A stretch of 64,000 nucleotides of DNA from Bacteroidota bacterium. GTDB taxonomy: Bacteria > Bacteroidota > Bacteroidia > Palsa-965. Below, piece after piece: positions 62,758-64,000 of this stretch (position 1 is the first letter of the stretch; each line of letters begins with the position of its first letter). The translations under genes were made by a program, and so were the position numbers. A model generated the notes under the pieces. That model was not told the DNA's origin and searched no databases. It saw nothing but the letters and a program-made list of their open reading frames with translations. Where the stretch lies: NCBI GenBank assembly GCA_031412295.1, contig JANOCU010000008.1, forward strand, positions 100,921 through 164,920, read 5' to 3'.

Positions 62758-63681
62758 GTGAAAGTTTTCAATAACATCTCCGAATTTCTTCCTGTTGCGA
62801 ATCCAGTGGTGACTACCGGCACTTTTGATGGCGTACACCTTGGGCACCAGCAGATTATAAAACGATTAAAAGAAGTGGCTTCAAAAATTGGTGGCGAAAC
62901 GGTGCTGCTTACTTTCTTTCCGCATCCGAGAATGGTGCTTTTTCCGGATTATAAACCGTTGCTGATCAATACGCTTGATGAAAAAACGGCTTTGCTGGAA
63001 AAAGCAGGCATCGATAATTTGATCATTCATCCGTTTAACCGTGAATTTTCGATGCTGAGCTCAAAGGAATTTATTTCGGATATTCTTGTGAATTCGCTAC
63101 AAACTAAAAAGCTGGTGATTGGCTACGATCATCATTTTGGGAAAAATAGGGAAGGGAGCTTCGGTCATTTAAAGGAATTTGGTCCGATTTATGGATTTGA
63201 TGTGGAGGAAATTCCGGCGCAGGAAGTGGAACATACGGGAGTGAGCTCGACCAGGATAAGGCAGGCGCTGACAAAAGGCGATGTAGAAACCGCGAATTCA
63301 TTTTTGGGATATAAATACCTGCTTTCGGGAACTGTTGTAAAAGGAAGAATGATTGGCAGATCGATTGATTTTCCGACAGCGAACTTACAGGTGCATGATC
63401 CGTATAAATTAATACCTGCAGATGGCGTGTATGCGGTGCGCGTGAAAAGAGGAACGACAGAATTAAACGGAATGCTCAATATAGGTATGCGTCCGACTGT
63501 AGATGGAAAAGCAAGAACGATCGAAGTAAATATCCTCGATTTCAATGCTGATCTTTATGGTGAAACACTTACCTTGGAGTTTGTAAAACGTCTGCGTGAC
63601 GAAATAAAATTCGACGGCATCGAATCACTGAAACAACAACTGTTGAAAGACAGAGAACAAACGAGAGAAATTCTTTCTTAA
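62758..63681 (+). CDS. ribF: Bifunctional riboflavin kinase / FAD synthetase
   Basis: The GTG at 62758 gives (M)KVFNNISEF...TTGTFDGVHLGHQ. The kinase part contains GRSIDFPTANL. The track start at 62554 translates repeat DNA. Confidence 0.9.
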   Translation: MKVFNNISEFLPVANPVVTTGTFDGVHLGHQQIIKRLKEVASKIGGETVLLTFFPHPRMVLFPDYKPLLINTLDEKTALLEKAGIDNLIIHPFNREFSMLSSKEFISDILVNSLQTKKLVIGYDHHFGKNREGSFGHLKEFGPIYGFDVEEIPAQEVEHTGVSSTRIRQALTKGDVETANSFLGYKYLLSGTVVKGRMIGRSIDFPTANLQVHDPYKLIPADGVYAVRVKRGTTELNGMLNIGMRPTVDGKARTIEVNILDFNADLYGETLTLEFVKRLRDEIKFDGIESLKQQLLKDREQTREILS

Positions 63682-63731
63682 TAGAATAGAAATTCCTGGC
63701 AATAAATAAAAGGTTAATCCCCCATAAAAAA

Positions 63732-64000
63732 ATGAAATTTCCCTTTCAGCTGATTTTTGTTTTGGTCACGCTTTTTTCCTTTACTACCGCCCGCGCCCAG
63801 GAAGGGATCAGCAATGCACCTTTGCCGTTATTGGATTCGATTACGTTAGATACGATGATCGGCTACACGGATTTGGCGACTGCAATGAAAGAGCCGGAAA
63901 AAGTGACAAAGCTGACGTTAAGAAAAATGAAGCTGAAAGAATTTCCAAAAGAGATTTGGAGCTTCCCGAATTTACAATACCTCGACCTGAGCAAAAACCA
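63732..64000 (+). CDS. Leucine-rich-repeat protein, N-terminal fragment (continues past the right edge)
   Basis: Manual translation gives MKFPFQLIFVLVTLFSFTTARAQ...LTLRKMKLKEFPKEIWSFPNLQYLDLSKN, a signal peptide plus an LRR consensus. Confidence 0.5.
   Translation, partial: MKFPFQLIFVLVTLFSFTTARAQEGISNAPLPLLDSITLDTMIGYTDLATAMKEPEKVTKLTLRKMKLKEFPKEIWSFPNLQYLDLSKN

Overview
64-kb chromosomal window from a member of the Bacteroidota. Supporting evidence: four large secreted proteins carry T9SS C-terminal sorting domains, there are PorV/PorQ-like and PorP/SprF-like outer-membrane proteins, and there is a Bacteroidota-style tyrosine-integrase remnant. I count about 53 protein-coding genes and found no rRNA, tRNA or CRISPR array by eye. 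Recognisable housekeeping genes are tilS, pabB, hemH, maeB, gcvT, gcvH, pckA, lnt, pssA, purS, comM/yifB, atpD, atpC and ribF. Four things stand out. (1) Outside two AT-rich islands, almost every intergenic spacer is filled with short tandem word arrays, mostly of 7-nt period. They are commonly arranged as inverted pairs around small GC-rich hairpins. Members of the same families are inserted in frame twice inside an MBOAT O-acyltransferase gene. One inverted-repeat family occurs both empty (132 bp) and carrying a 125-aa four-helix-bundle ORF (23S-rRNA-IVS / Avd-like), and each copy is followed by a 30-34-bp tandem array. (2) A 13.9-kb, AT-richer, word-array-free segment (9.9-23.8 kb) is bracketed by identical 39-bp direct repeats. 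It opens with a decayed integrase yet carries central-metabolism genes (maeB, gcvT, gcvH x2, pckA, SulP). (3) A 3.3-kb AT-rich four-gene operon (zinc-ribbon-DUF4145, wHTH-PD-(D/E)xK nuclease, two unknowns) looks like an uncharacterised defence module. (4) A co-oriented cluster, MBOAT - lipoprotein - SGNH-like - PorV-like - 1661-aa C25 peptidase, suggests a sortase-like T9SS attachment pair coupled to glycan O-acylation. All calls come from manual reading and from family knowledge recalled from memory. Hand-located repeat coordinates are accurate to about 2-3 bp. GC statements come from a few hand-counted 60-nt lines, not a computation.
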